The notes: generated by a model from the letters alone, not told the origin. Numbered from the stretch's first letter, positions 22,632 to 34,869 are shown. The stretch: DNA of 37,943 nt from Octopus bimaculoides (GCF_001194135.2 NC_068997.1:13357304-13395246); one strand, 5' to 3'. Translations and numbers: made by a program.

Positions 22632-25509
22632 ATATATANNNNNNNNNNNNNNNNNNNNNNNNNNNNNNNNNNNNNNNNNNNNNNNNNNNNNNNNNNNNNN
22701 NNNNNNNNNNNNNNNNNNNNNNNNNNNNNNNNNNNNNNNNNNNNNNNNNNNNNNNNNNNNNNNNNNNNNNNNNNNNNNNNNNNNNNNNNNNNNNNNNNNN
22801 NNNNNNNNNNNNNNNNNNNNNNNNNNNNNNNNNNNNNNNNNNNNNNNNNNNNNNNNNNNNNNNNNNNNNNNNNNNNNNNNNNNNNNNNNNNNNNNNNNNN
22901 NNNNNNNNNNNNNNNNNNNNNNNNNNNNNNNNNNNNNNNNNNNNNNNNNNNNNNNNNNNNNNNNNNNNNNNNNNNNNNNNNNNNNNNNNNNNNNNNNNNN
23001 NNNNNNNNNNNNNNNNNNNNNNNNNNNNNNNNNNNNNNNNNNNNNNNNNNNNNNNNNNNNNNNNNNNNNNNNNNNNNNNNNNNNNNNNNNNNNNNNNNNN
23101 NNNNNNNNNNNNNNNNNNNNNNNNNNNNNNNNNNNNNNNNNNNNNNNNNNNNNNNNNNNNNNNNNNNNNNNNNNNNNNNNNNNNNNNNNNNNNNNNNNNN
23201 NNNNNNNNNNNNNNNNNNNNNNNNNNNNNNNNNNNNNNNNNNNNNNNNNNNNNNNNNNNNNNNNNNNNNNNNNNNNNNNNNNNNNNNNNNNNNNNNNNNN
23301 NNNNNNNNNNNNNNNNNNNNNNNNNNNNNNNNNNNNNNNNNNNNNNNNNNNNNNNNNNNNNNNNNNNNNNNNNNNNNNNNNNNNNNNNNNNNNNNNNNNN
23401 NNNNNNNNNNNNNNNNNNNNNNNNNNNNNNNNNNNNNNNNNNNNNNNNNNNNNNNNNNNNNNNNNNNNNNNNNNNNNNNNNNNNNNNNNNNNNNNNNNNN
23501 NNNNNNNNNNNNNAAAAAAAAAAAAAAAATCTTTCATAAGGTGAAGCTGAAAAACACGAAACTAACCCCCACCAAACAAAAAAAAAAATGAAAAATAAAA
23601 AAAATGAAATACCAAAGGAAAAAATATAGCTGCAACAACGATGACAACATCAGTAACAATAAGAAGCGAACAAAAATTGCTGTTAATAAGAAGAACCTTC
23701 ATGATTATGGATTTAATATTGCTGCTGGTGCTGATGCGGAGAACGATGACGACGACAGCGGAGATAATGATGTGGACGAAGGTAAGTTTATTTGACGCCA
23801 GGGCGAGGAAAAAAAAAGAAAGAAGCAAAAGAGAAGAGACATTTAAAACGCGATAAAAATACAATTGTTTCAATTATGTAGAATATAAACGATTGTGGAT
23901 AAAAATTTGGCTTCCATATACATGAATAAATATATACATGCATCCGTAGAACAGACATATACATAAAGAATTACGCACACACGCACACACACACACATAT
24001 ATGTCAATATATTGTCTTTATGAGGAGGTTAATTCTACGGGGAAAATCTGGGTTGACTCACTTGTGCTTCAATTAAATGTCCACAACAAGAATAACTACA
24101 AAATTAATAACAATATAATTAATCCAGTGAATTTACAGAGTCGCTGGAGCCTCGACCAAAAACGAAATACCTTGACCTATTTCTTCCCACTTTTAAAGAT
24201 CTGGGTTCAAATTCGACGGAGTGAAATTTGCTTTTCCTCTGTCTATGACGATACAGTAACGAATACAGCAGTGAATTTAACCGAGTGAACTCCTAAATCA
24301 AATTTCAGTATTTGTGTCTATATTAGAAATAACAACTGCAAGAAGAAAATTCAGTATGAAAGAATATACATACATACATACCCATACACGCGTGCACGCA
24401 CGCACATACAAGCACACACATATACGCAAACGTACATATCTATCTCTCTATCTATGTGTTTATATATATGTGTGCGTGTGTGTAATACATACCCACACAT
24501 CTCTGTATACGTGTGTGTTTGTATATATATATATATACAAACACACACGTATACAGAGATGTGTGNNNNNNNNNNNNNNNNNNNNNNNNNNNNNNNNNNN
24601 NNNNNNNNNNNNNNNNNNNNNNNNNNNNNNNNNNNNNNNNNNNNNTGTGTGTGTGTATAATTCGTGCACACAACTCACCCACACATAGATATTAATATTC
24701 AAATATCGTTGACCAAAATTTAGTTTCAGCAAATAATATGGATACTATAGAATCATATATATGAAGAGAACCAGACGGAATCACGGTAGGAAAGCAGAAT
24801 TATTCAACATTCAAATGTTTCCGTACACGTGGCACATTCTATGTTCAAAAACATCGGTTGGAAGTGATGATTTATTTTTATATCGTTAGCTTGCGGGAAA
24901 ATTGTTTTTTTTTTTAAGATAAACACTATTTTAGAATCTTCAGTGCCAATGTCAATACATAACGGTTTTAACTCAACATTGACTTTTGTCAGCTAGACAA
25001 TAGGATCTGAAGAAATTAGTGATGGTCTGAGACAGCAAATAATGCGTTTAAACCTTTCTAAAGTCGAATAAATATAACTACATTGTGTTGTCCGTAATGT
25101 AAATTTGCAACTCTCTGTGAAGTGAAACTCTTAACGCAGTTTCGAGTTGTTAACTCTAAAAGCTCCATTTCAATTTGTTGTCCAGAGTATTTTATCTTCT
25201 GGTAATATTTTCTGCAATATTCTTCTATGCATTGCCCCAGTATGGCAGCAGTCCAATGACTAATACAAGAAAAAGAATGAATGAATAAAAGTGTGTGCCA
25301 GATTCATTGGGGGTGGATGGCTATCGCTTATATTCCTAGTTATGATTTTCACGATCACATAAACATATTATTAGTTTCCTACAACATCCAGAGAGAGAAA
25401 AAATGTAGGGAAGTAGAATAAATTAGCTTTTGTAAGGAAAGGAAAGCATTTTAACGTTTCGGATAGCAACATATTTCACAAAATACTTCAGATAGTACGT
25501 TGCATAATT

Positions 25510-25648
25510 ACTCTAGTTGTCATCTTCGTGGACTGGAGCAACATCAAAGGAAGTGTTTTGTTCAAGAGCACAATGCACCCCGATCCAGGGTTCGAAACCA
25601 CAATCTTAAGATCATAATGCCAGCATCTTAGCCACTAAGCTATGCGCC
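25510..25648 (-). mobile_element. tRNA-derived SINE family D, 5' part
   Basis: The minus strand reads ggcgcaTAGCTTAGTGG...GGTTTCGAACCC...gtgctcttgaacaaaacact, homologous to the head at 35751-35840. Confidence 0.65.
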
Positions 25649-26125
25649 GCCGAATGATGTCAGTGTCACGGGGAAAAAAAAAAAACAAACTAACTACAGA
25701 CTTCATTTGCAAGCGAGTATCAATTGTTATCAAGCAGACTTTAAAATACTTTCGACATTTCTCTCTCTGTAGAGAAAAAATGTTCAACAATTCATTATTA
25801 GTACTAATTCCACTTCGGAAGACAGAAAAAAAACGTGAAACGAAATGCTTCACGCAAGGAGTAAACGTGCTATCAAGATTAGAAATGGAACCTGATGTTC
25901 ACAACTCTGATACGCTAAAATGTAATCCTTATCTAGAAAGTCACATGCTCTCACGATGTAACTTGATGACATAAGTATTTTTTTGTTCTTGGGCAAAACC
26001 CTCTTTAACGATCCAGCCTCCGCTATTGCTAGCAATCAATCAAACATCTACCTCCCTTATGGTAAGAAGTATTCTTTTATATAGGTCAGTTCGAAGCCTA
26101 TTTGAATGTAATTAATATCAATTAT

Positions 26126-26410
26126 TCATGTAATGTGTTTAGATAAACGCATACATGTTGCCACACATAAGGCATTCACCAGTGGTACGTTATATAAAGA
26201 TGTAATATATAAATTTATATATGTGTGAGCGCACATGCGTATATACATATATATGTAAACATACAAATATAAAGACACATTTAGATATATAGACAAGATA
26301 GGTAAGTAGATAAATAGTGAGATATCTAGATACACATATGTATTTATGTGTATAGATATATATATGTATGTATGTATGTATATATATATATATACATATG
26401 TATATGTATA

Positions 26411-26442
<32 letters not shown>

Positions 26443-26470
26443 CATATATACACATACACACACATACATA

Positions 26471-26539
<69 letters not shown>

Positions 26540-27215
26540 ATAGATATAGTCATGCAGACATATATACGTATATCTAACTCTCTCTCCACCTCTTTCTCTC
26601 TCCTTCAGTGTCAGTGTATGTGTGTGTAGGTGTGTGTGTGTGTAGGTGTGTGTGTGTGTGTGTGTGTGCATAGGAAGAGAGAAAAACAGATAAAGTGATA
26701 GATAGAAAGCTGATGAGTTTAATCATTTGGCCTGTTTTCTTCTAGGACCGCATGTGTATACACTCACTCCATCAAACACATACACAAGCGCGCGTGTGTT
26801 TATGTGTCTGTATTTGTGTGTGTGTGTGTGTGTTTCTGCTTGTGTGTGTGTGTGTGTGTGTGCGCGTGTGTATACTACTCCGAGTGCTTGTGTATAGTTT
26901 TTTTTATATATGTATAGAGGTATTAAGAGTAATAGTCACAAGGAGTGAAATAGAGATAGAACGATATGAGATATAGAGGAAAGAAAACTGACAGAAGAGG
27001 AGAGAGAGTAAGAGAGAGATAGAAGCATAGAGAGGTAAAACTAGAAGGAATAAGAGAGAGAAAGGAATGAGAGAGAGAGAGAAGAAAATAGTTAGAGAGA
27101 TTAAGAAGGAGTGAGAAAGAGAGAGTGCGAGAAAGAGAGCCTGTCTGTGTGAGAGACAACATATGTGTTTTCAAATACGAAACATCAAGGAGAAGAAGAA
27201 CAACACCATTAGTAA
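26126..27215. repeat. Long compound TA/CA/TG microsatellite field followed by decayed (AG)n purine tract
   Basis: Directly visible. Confidence 0.92.
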
Positions 27216-27717
27216 GAAGAGCAGCATGACCGATACCAACTTAAACAACAATAGCACGATAATGAGCTGATTTCCTCAATTAGTAGATAATTTGAAGCCT
27301 TCTTCTCAAAAGGATATTAATCAAAATCCAAATCTCTGGATTGTCGCTAAACATTAGTATGATTGGGAAATTATGGTAAGGTCATCTTACATTCATGAAT
27401 AGCACTAGGATAATTATAATTGCGCCAGCACACATACAGACACACATGTATATTTATTTATATACACCACATGCATACAAGCACGCATAAACACACTGAC
27501 AACCACGCACATATATATTATTAAATATACATACATATATAGTTATACTAATGCATACGTACATCTATACATCTATACATACATACGAAATATGTACATA
27601 CTAATATATACCACGGCCTGTTTACGTGTATATTTAGACAAATATAGGGAAAATTTTCTCTCATTAGGTTCTATGAATAATTAAAAGGGAAAAATGGGAA
27701 ATGGCGCAAATCTTTAT

Positions 27718-27757
<40 letters not shown>

Positions 27758-28719
27758 ACATACATACATAGATACATACATACATGCATGCATANNNNNN
27801 NNNNNNNNNNNNNNNNNNNNNNNNNNNNNNNNNNNNNNNNNNNNNNNNNNNNNNNNNNNNNNNNNNNNNNNNNNNNNNNNNNNNNNNNNNNNNNNNNNNN
27901 NNNNNNNNNNNNNNNNNNNNNNNNNNNNNNNNNNNNNNNNNNNNNNNNNNNNNNNNNNNNNNNNNNNNNNNNNNNNNNNNNNNNNNNNNNNNNNNNNNNN
28001 NNNNNNNNNNNNNNNNNNNNNNNNNNNNNNNNNNNNNNNNNNNNNNNNNNNNNNNNNNNNNNNNNNNNNNNNNNNNNNNNNNNNNNNNNNNNNNNNNNNN
28101 NNNNNNNNNNNNNNNNNNNNNNNNNNNNNNNNNNNNNNNNTTTTGAGAGAGAGAGAGAGAGAGAGAAAATGGAGAAAATATAAGCATATCAAATGCTATA
28201 CTTCATAAATTCCTGATTTATTAGAATTAACTCCACTTGTAGAGGTTGTGTCACACTTAACAGTTAGCAACTAAGACTGATTCCTATTTGAGGAAACGCA
28301 ACGATCTCAAGAATGAAGACTTCTTCAAAGCTGACGTATTTGTCGAAACAAAAAAAAAAAAAACACAGGCTTATTGTCTGGAGGTGTGAGGACAGAGATG
28401 GACACATGTTTACACTTCAATGGTTGCTATCAATACGACAAGTGTCAGATCTTGTCTCAATTGGCCCAGGAAAATTAAACTCAGAAGAAAAGAATAGAAG
28501 AAGTTATGGCTTAGATGCCTTGCATAATTTATATAAAAGTAAGGTAAAGAAAATCTCTGAGTCGCCAATGGTATGTGTTTGAGCAAATACCAACATATCA
28601 AAGACCATACAACAGAATTTTCTAATAACAGATTGACTTCCTTCTTTGTCCGCCTGTTACATCTTCGACAATTATTAGGTCTGACTGCTTCTTTTAAAAC
28701 TTGGTTGACCATTTTCGGT

Positions 28720-29717
28720 CTTGGGCCATATAGTTTGATCCATTTTGGTTGCTATACCTAGCAGAGGCGTGACTACCTTCAGTTTCTTAAATGCCCTTTA
28801 ACCTAAGGATAAATATGCTGATCAGTCATGGTTGTTGTTTCTAGTAGTCGAATGGCCACATTCATTGTCGACCTCAACCTTCAACTTAGAGCTAAATAGG
28901 ATGATTCTGTATGGCTGCTATTTCTAGCAGTGGAATGTTCACCTTCGGATGCTCATTGTTCCTCAACCTAAGGCAAAATATGATTATCAGGTTTGGTTGC
29001 TATTTCTAGGAGTGGGATAACCACCCTCAATTTCCCACCCGATCTTCGACCTAAGGCTAAATATGTCGATCAGTTTTAGTTGCTATCTTTTTGCGTAAGG
29101 AAAACCACATACATTGTCCACCTCAAGTTTCAAACTAGGGCTGAATTGACCGAACAGGTAAGGCTGCTATTTTCAGCGTTCGGATGACCTTCATTCTTCA
29201 TTTCGACCTTCAACTTAGCGCTACGTGAGATTCGATTTGGCTGCTATTTCTACCAGTGGGACGAACTCCTTCGGTGTCTACATCGATGTTGGAGTTAGGG
29301 CTAAACATAATAAAGTTTTGGCTGTTATTTCTAGGGTGTGGATGAACACCCTCCTTTTCCAACTCATTCTTCAACCTAGGGCTAAATATGATGATCATGT
29401 TTCGTTGCTATTTCTAGAAGAGTAGTGCTATATTGGATTATTATCTTTGGTAGCTATTTCTAGCAATAGGATGACCAACTACAGTTTTCACCTTGTTCTA
29501 CGTCCCAGGACTAAATATGATGCTTAGCTTTAGCTGCTATTTCTAAAAGCGAGATGATAACCTTTCTTGTCTACACCAATCTGCGACATGGGTTAAATAG
29601 GATGATCAGATAATGTGATTATCTTATAGAAGTTCGAGGTGGACACTAAAGTTTGTCGGCCCTTTATTAGAAATAGCAGCCATACTTGATCGTCCCTTTT
29701 AACCCGAGGTCGATGAT
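28720..29717. repeat. Degenerate ~83-nt tandem array (~12 units plus one inverted unit)
   Basis: The GG(C/T)TGCTATTTCTAG-like anchor occurs at 28747, 28830, 28913, 28995, 29078, 29162, 29239, 29320, 29403, 29449, 29532 and 29614. Most anchors are preceded by CAACCTAGGGCTAAATATG-like sequence. Confidence 0.9.
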
Positions 29718-29809
29718 GGAGGCTGTCGCATGTGTTGTGGCGCAGATATATAATCTCTTACATAGAAACCGTCTTCGCTACATCCAAAGCATCACTGCCA
29801 CCGCCGCTG

Positions 29810-29844
<35 letters not shown>

Positions 29845-31179
29845 GGCACCACCACCACCACCACTACCACCACTACCACCACCACCNNNNNNNNNNNNNN
29901 NNNNNNNNNNNNNNNNNNNNNNNNNNNNNNNNNNNNNNNNNNNNNNNNNNNNNNNNNNNNNNNNNNNNNNNNNNNNNNNNNNNNNNNNNNNNNNNNNNNN
30001 NNNNNNNNNNNNNNNNNNNNNNNNNNNNNNNNNNNNNNNNNNNNNNNNNNNNNNNNNNNNNNNNNNNNNNNNNNNNNNNNNNNNNNNNNNNNNNNNNNNN
30101 NNNNNNNNNNNNNNNNNNNNNNNNNNNNNNNNNNNNNNNNNNNNNNNNNNNNNNNNNNNNNNNNNNNNNNNNNNNNNNNNNNNNNNNNNNNNNNNNNNNN
30201 NNNNNNNNNNNNNNNNNNNNNNNNNNNNNNNNNNNNNNNNNNNNNNNNNNNNNNNNNNNNNNNNNNNNNNNNNNNNNNNNNNNNNNNNNNNNNNNNNNNN
30301 NNNNNNNNNNNNNNNNNNNNNNNNNNNNNNNNNNNNNNNNNNNNNNNNNNNNNNNNNNNNNNNNNNNNNNNNNNNNNNNNNNNNNNNNNNNNNNNNNNNN
30401 NNNNNNNNNNNNNNNNNNNNNNNNNNNNNNNNNNNNNNNNNNNNNNNNNNNNCACCACCACCACCATTGTGCCATCGCGTTGTCTGTCCTCCTTTCCCTT
30501 ACTCCACACCGAATTCTATTCATTAAAAGTTTGAGTTATTGATGAAAACTGTTATCTCTTTTCCTCATCAGCAAGCGTTAATGTCATCGCACACATGTTA
30601 CCATTCGAATGACACACTAATTTAATTAATGAAAACCTGAGTAAAATGATTTACCTGTGCTAAGGGAAATACAGGTTGTTAGTTTATACTAATAATAAGC
30701 AGCATGCTGTTGATGTTGCTGTTACTGCTGTTATTATTAGCGATATGTTACTTTTTATGATTGTTTTTAAGTAATTTTCATGCTTTATTTTTGGCCTCTA
30801 GCATTGGTCTTTGTTTTTTGTTTATTTCCATTTTATAATCAATCGTTAATTTGTTTGTTTTTGATAAGTGATTATCTTAATTGGAATGCTATAAATTATA
30901 AATTATTTAGATGTCTAGGATAAATTAATTATCGATTATTCATTAGTTAATAATCATCAGGGATAACATAATAAGGATAGTGATAAAATTACCGAAACTA
31001 TGCTTTCATTAATCGGTGTCATGTCCAAACATGTGTTAGGCAAATTGCTCTCTATTACGTTATTATGCGCAGATATAGCAACCGCACGATATACGATAGG
31101 AAATGTAAAAGAAATCATTATACCATTCATATTCTCCTCTGCACAGCTTGGATTTCAGCGCAGTATACAAACTAACACC

Positions 31180-31782
31180 TTCGTTTCTACTCTAGGCACA
31201 AGGCCCGAAATTTTGGGGGAGGGGGATATTCGATTAGATCGACCCGAGCACGCAGCTGGCATTTAATTTATTGACCCCCAAAAGGATGAAAGGCAAAGTT
31301 GACTTCGGCGGAATTTGAACTCAACGTAAAAACAGACGAAATACCGCTAATCATTTCGCTCATCGTGCTAACGTTTCTTATTTCTTTACTGCCCACAAGG
31401 GGCTACACAGAGGGGTCAAACAAAGACAGACAAACGGATTAAGTCGATTATATCGACCCCAGTGCATAACTGGTACTTATTAAATCGACCCCGAAAGGAT
31501 GACAGGCAAAGTCGACCTCGGCAGAGCGGCAAGACGAAATACTGCTAAGCATTTCTTTATTGCCCACAAGCGGCTAAACATAGAGGGGACAAACAAGGAG
31601 AGACAAAGGGATTAAGTCAATTATATCGACCCCAGTGCGTAACTGGTACTTAATTTATTGACTCCAAAAGGATAAAAGGCAAAGTCGACCTAGGCGGAAT
31701 TTGAACTCAGAACATAAAGACAGATGAAACGCCGCTAAGCATTTCGCCCGCCGTGCTAACGTTTCTGCCAGCTTGCTGCTTA
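31180..31782 (-). mobile_element. Three family C SINE bodies in head-to-tail/nested arrangement with one head
   Basis: The units are 31180-31373, 31374-31550 and 31551-31782. Each has aaaggatgaaaggcaaagtcgacctcggc-like and tcgaccccag-like blocks matching the reverse complement of 32617-32790. Confidence 0.9.
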
Positions 31783-31829
31783 AAACTGACACCCACATGA
31801 AGGTATCATATATCTATGCGATTTCATAT

Positions 31830-32025
31830 TTTGGCACAAAGCCAGCAATTTTTGAGGAGGTAGTATGTCGATTACATCGGCCCCAGTGTTCAAAGGGTAT
31901 TTATTTTATCGACTCCAAATTGATGAAAGACAAAGTTGTTGACCTAGGCTTTATTTGAAACCATGAACCTAAAGACGGACGAAATGCCACTTAAGCATTC
32001 TGTTCGGCGAGTTGGCGATTTTGCC
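31830..32025 (-). mobile_element. SINE family C, older copy
   Basis: gtcgattacatcggccccagtg...gatgaaagacaaagt...gacgaaatgccacttaagcatt aligns with the family C body. Confidence 0.7.
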
Positions 32026-32092
32026 TACACCCAACATACGAGACCTTTATATTGGCTTCACATTTCGGCAAAAAGCCAGCAATTTCGAGGGA

Positions 32093-32301
32093 GTCATTCA
32101 ACTGCGGCCATGCTGGAGCATCGCTTTGGAGGATTTTGTTTTTGATTTCAGTCGAACAAATCGACTCCGGGACTTAAAGCCCTCTACTTATTTAATTAGA
32201 CTCTTTCGCCGAACCGCTATTTTACGGAAACGTAAATACTCTAACAGCATTAAGCGGAGATGAGGTACAAGCTCAAGCAAACACGCACACACACACACAC
32301 A

Positions 32302-32341
<40 letters not shown>

Positions 32342-32481
32342 TACATATATATNNNNNNNNNNAATCCACTCACAACTCCCGGGGCTATAGTAGAAGGCAC
32401 TTGCCTAAGGTACTACGAAGTGGAACCGAACGCGGAACCATGTGGTTATGTAGGAAGCTTATTACCAAACAGCCACGCCTG
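32093..32481 (-). mobile_element. SINE family B, near full-length, spanning (CA)n and a 10-N gap
   Basis: The 3' half (ggccatgctggagca...gccgaaccgcta) and the 5' half (cacttgcctaaggta...ggaaccatgtggtt...accaaacagccacgcc) are both present. Confidence 0.85.
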
Positions 32482-32616
32482 TGTATATGTAATGTCTTAA
32501 AATTACATGGTATAGTCGCAGTTCGAACGTTACTGCATATGACCGCTCTTGGATGACTATACAGCGACAACAAATACGTGATACCAACAAAGATGTGTTC
32601 AGTATATCACCATATA

Positions 32617-32833
32617 AAGGCGGCAAGCTGCCAGAATCGTTAGCACTCCAGTGAAATGCTTAGCGTTATTTCGTCTATCTTTACCTTTTTAGGTCAAACT
32701 CCACCGAGGTCGACTTTGCCTTTCATTCTTTCGGGGTCGATAAATTAAGTACCAGCTGTCTATTCGGGTCGATCTAATCGACTGGTCCTTCTCCCCCAAA
32801 ATTTCGGGTCTTGTGCCTTGAGTAGAAAAGAAT
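32617..32833 (+). mobile_element. SINE family C, full-length
   Basis: Head aaggcggcaagctgccagaatcgttagca, B-box-like ggtcaaactcc, body gaggtcgactttgcctttcattctttcggggtcgataaattaagtaccag and tail aaaatttcgggtcttgtgccttgagtagaaaagaata. Confidence 0.88.
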
Positions 32834-32996
32834 ACATCTCTATATATTTTATACAAGACATGCATTTCTTCAGGATCATCTTTAGAAGAAAAAACATTGC
32901 ATACGCAATGGAAGGCTTCGGGATTTTGAAAGGTAACGCTCTTGATCGAATCTTGAACGAATTGATAGCTATTAGCTTTTATTTCAACACTCTATA

Positions 32997-33166
32997 AAAG
33001 CCTAGTACTTATTCTATCGGTCTCTTCTGCCGAACCGCTAAGTTACGGGGGTCCTAAATACACCAGCAGCGATTGTCAAGCGATGGTGGTGAGAGGACAA
33101 ACACAGACACACAAACATATGCACACACACACGTATATATACATACATACATACATGCATACACAA

Positions 33167-33235
<69 letters not shown>

Positions 33236-33348
33236 CGTATGTAGCCTGAAGCTACAGTGAAAGATACTTGCCCAAGGTGCCACGCAGTGGGACTGAACTA
33301 GGATCTATGTGTTTGGTAAGCAAGCTACTTTACCACACAGCTACTCCT
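32997..33348 (-). mobile_element. SINE family B (lacking extreme 3' end), with internal CA/TATG microsatellite
   Basis: cctagtacttattctatcggtctc...gctaagttacgg and acttgcccaaggtgccacgcagtgggactgaac...ctttaccacacagc match the reverse complement of family B. Confidence 0.88.
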
Positions 33349-34694
33349 AGAAGACCGTGCTGCTGCATGTTTCTGTTTCCATTCTTTCTTTCTTTCTTTT
33401 TTTTTTTTGCTTCAATTAAATCCTAATCCAAAAGCAAATATTAAATATTTTTGCTTACTGCTTGTTTATCCAATGATTATTGTTGAGCTCCTGCTGCAGT
33501 TGAAGGAATACTTACCAGCTTTATTGGTCCATTGCTTTGATTTAACATGCTGATATAGCTGTCTCGATTATTAGTGTTTAGTGACCACTTTAATGTTGAT
33601 GTTCTCATGCCTCAGCTTTAGTGTGATTTCTATTGCTGGTTTGACATCCAGATTATTGCGGAACATTTAGCTCTGTTGACGTTTTAATATTTCCATTATT
33701 CATCGTATAAACGTCATCATTATTGATTTACATAGATGCGTAAACATACCCCACACACACACACTCACATATATACACATATACACACATATATATGCAT
33801 ATAAACATATATATATATACATAACTAGGCATATATTAGCGCGCACACACATACACACATATATATGCAACTATATATATTTATAAGTATGTGTATAGAT
33901 GAATGTAGCTGAGTATGTGATTATGTGTGATACATACGTGTATCTGTTAATGTCTCTTACACGTTTCTCCTGTTTAGTGGATTATGTTAGTGAAGAATAA
34001 GTAGCGTTGTTTCACTCACTCATTAAATGCCTCGATATTGATATTTAATTGGTACTTCTGCTGCTGTTTGGCTGACTAGATTATTAGTGTGTGTATAGGT
34101 GCCATTTTTATTATATTTAGATTTAGTTGATTTCGTAGCGCATCAGTTTTCCTTTTACCAAGATTTTCATTGAGGATTCTTGCATTATTGCTATTTAAAT
34201 CACTGGATTCGTACCTAAGTAGATAATAATAATTGTATTACCATTATTGGCATGCATAGCTTTAGAATCTGTCGTGCTAATAGAATGTCAGAGAAGAGAA
34301 TATGATTTACAACTAATTAGGTTTCACTTTACTTTTATTCTAAATTTAAATGCCGCCGGAATCGTGTTTCTTCTCTTTAGTTTTCGTCACTCGGTTTCAA
34401 TAGAACAACATGTAAGAGTAATATTCTAGGATTTGTTCTGTTACCTACAAATCTCTTACAATATTACTAAACGGAAGTCTGATGCGGCTCGAAGTTAGCT
34501 AAAACCTAAATATAATAAATAACAATGGCAACTATGCACACACTAACAATCTAGTCAGCCAAACAGCAGAAGTACCAATTAAATACCAATATCTAGGTAT
34601 TTAATAATTGAATGAAATGACACCATTCATTCTTCTCTAACAGAATCCAATAAGCCGAAACTCGCAAATCCCAGTCCACAGACATCACACACTA

Positions 34695-34778
<84 letters not shown>

Positions 34779-34869
34779 CGCAAACACACACACACACTCA
34801 CACACACATACACATACGCAAATAAATTTATTAATTAGATGGACAAAAGAGGCGCACTTCTGCATGTTT

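Larger units (their letters stand above)
6254..32362. other. Assembly gaps (N-runs)
   Basis: 6254-6420, 8944-9527, 10432-10441, 11604-11613, 15767-16148, 16892-17419, 20017-20166, 22639-23513, 24566-24645, 27795-28140, 29887-30452, 32353-32362. Confidence 0.99.

Noticed and set aside
23604-23795. Acidic ORF ending at a perfect AAG|gtaagt donor
   Set aside because: It has no acceptor with a pyrimidine tract, and the sequence is a decayed AAC/GAT repeat.
28720-29717. CRISPR-like repeat/spacer appearance of the 83-nt array
   Set aside because: The context is eukaryotic, the repeats are far too divergent, the variable blocks are still mutually related (CT-rich, ..CCTTCAAC), and there are no cas genes.
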